Positions 63,388-64,000 of a stretch of 64,000 bases of DNA are shown piece by piece; the stretch's first letter is position 1, and the number at the start of each line of letters is the position of its first letter. Made by a program: the position numbers and the translations under genes. The stretch covers positions 1 to 64,000 of IMG/VR virus record IMGVR_UViG_3300025520_000001. The stretch is one strand, 5' to 3'. The stretch is from a virus. The notes below the pieces were generated by a model. That model did no database searches, was not told the DNA's origin, and saw only the letters and a program-made list of their open reading frames with translations.

Positions 63388-63687
63388 TTAGTTAAGGCAC
63401 CACTTGCCGCCGTGCCTGTGGTACTTGTCAGTGCCACTCGCAGTTACTCCGCCTTCTTTGAACAGCTCGATGAGTTCTTTGTCAGCGCCTTTCTTCTTCA
63501 GCCACTCAGCGCCTTTCTCGACCGCCGCCTCATCATCAGCGGCTTCAGCAACCTCGAGATCGCACTCCCAGTAGACCTCAAAGTCTTCCTGAGAATCGTC
63601 CTCAAAGGTGAGAGTGAGCATGGTGAGCTGCTTGGGGTCATCCAAGTTCGGCTCGAAACCAACCATGAGGTGTTTGATAGTCTTCAA
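63388..63687 (-). CDS. acidic hypothetical protein
   Basis: ORF track 99 aa. TTG start with AAAGG upstream (alternative ATG at 63666). Confidence 0.6.
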   Translation of the reverse strand: MKTIKHLMVGFEPNLDDPKQLTMLTLTFEDDSQEDFEVYWECDLEVAEAADDEAAVEKGAEWLKKKGADKELIELFKEGGVTASGTDKYHRHGGKWCLN

Positions 63688-63740
63688 TCAGTTGCCTTTC
63701 AGTCAGTGGGCTTTATTACCTTATGACTTAATAATATAAG

Positions 63741-63784
63741 TTCGGTGTAGTGCGTAGCAGTGTCAGTGGGCACCTGGCCCACTG
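63741..63784 (-). promoter_or_regulatory. regulatory cassette (hairpin + CTGACACTGCTACGC-6 nt-CCGAACTTATATT)
   Basis: Hairpin cagtgggc-acct-ggcccactg at 63764-63784; 15-mer at 63752-63766; ttcggt at 63741-63746. Confidence 0.55.
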
Positions 63785-63873
63785 AACTGTCTGACTGGTA
63801 TTACTTCATGGCCTTGTGCCAGGCCGTCATGAAGACACCGAGGAACAACCCGTATCCGATGAGCCAGTACATC

Positions 63874-64000
63874 TTAGTACCAGCTCGCCATCGGCATCGA
63901 GTCGCTCGCCATGATCGGGTGCGGAGCGTGGATCATCTCGTAGCGGGTGAAGGGGTCATGGTTGATGAGCTCGGTCTGGAGCGTGGTCTTCGTCTTCACG
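63874..64000 (-). CDS. hypothetical protein, C-terminal end (partial; gene starts beyond the right edge)
   Basis: Open frame from 63999 to TAA at 63876-63874. ...VKTKTTLQTELINHDPFTRYEMIHAPHPIMASDSMPMASWY. Confidence 0.45.
   Translation of the reverse strand, partial: VKTKTTLQTELINHDPFTRYEMIHAPHPIMASDSMPMASWY

Noticed and set aside
35151-63784. Whether the repeated 15-mer plus hairpins could be a CRISPR array or a MITE-like mobile repeat.
   Set aside because: Copies are 0.3-13 kb apart with genes between them, not regularly spaced. There are no target-site duplications or terminal inverted repeats, and only the 15-mer is conserved.

Overview
This window reads as a 64-kb slice of a large lytic-type dsDNA bacteriophage genome. 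It holds roughly 170 densely packed, mostly short ORFs, all but three on the minus strand, with frequent ATGA/TAATG start-stop overlaps. I saw no rRNA, integrase, transposase or CRISPR array. Recognisable genes: a partial RNA ligase, an HD (p)ppGpp-hydrolase-like protein, a ClpP-family protease, a sigma-70 region-2-like factor, a MoxR AAA+ ATPase with a VWA/metallopeptidase partner, dCMP deaminase, a classical AAA ATPase, a WGR-domain ATP-dependent DNA ligase, a trypsin-like protease, ThyX, RNase HI, class II RNR (NrdJ, plus strand), an HNH endonuclease, a PNK-like P-loop kinase, a metallophosphoesterase, a C39-like peptidase, a signal-peptide BNR protein and two bL12-CTD-like paralogs. Eight canonical tRNA genes (Gly-UCC, Met-CAU, Leu-CAA, Ala-UGC, Arg-UCU, Tyr-GUA, Leu-UAA, Lys-UUU) plus an Ile-UAU-like gene with A33 and a type-II tRNA with a shifted anticodon loop are scattered singly among the ORFs, together with five aberrant tRNA-like sequences. 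Four things stand out, and the first is invisible in the >=60-aa ORF track. (i) A very large family (about 40 copies by eye) of 33-65-aa proteins shares an L-x-L-I-S-x-x-T-R helix-turn-like motif. It forms three tandem arrays (56.07-56.73, 59.51-60.25 and 60.72-61.87 kb) plus dispersed and decayed copies. (ii) Five ~70-155-aa paralogs (NW[LV]RKDKR.NGG...KNPGSR.GSGDE) mostly sit behind their own regulatory cassettes. (iii) A conserved 15-nt element CTGACACTGCTACGC, preceded in most copies by a variable GC hairpin, occurs 8 times, and a CCGAA(C)-N-TATA promoter-like box occurs at 27 sites. (iv) Four tRNA genes end 1 nt before the ATG of the next ORF. All functional calls come from motif recognition by eye, and small-ORF coordinates were derived by hand. 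No database search or folding program was available.
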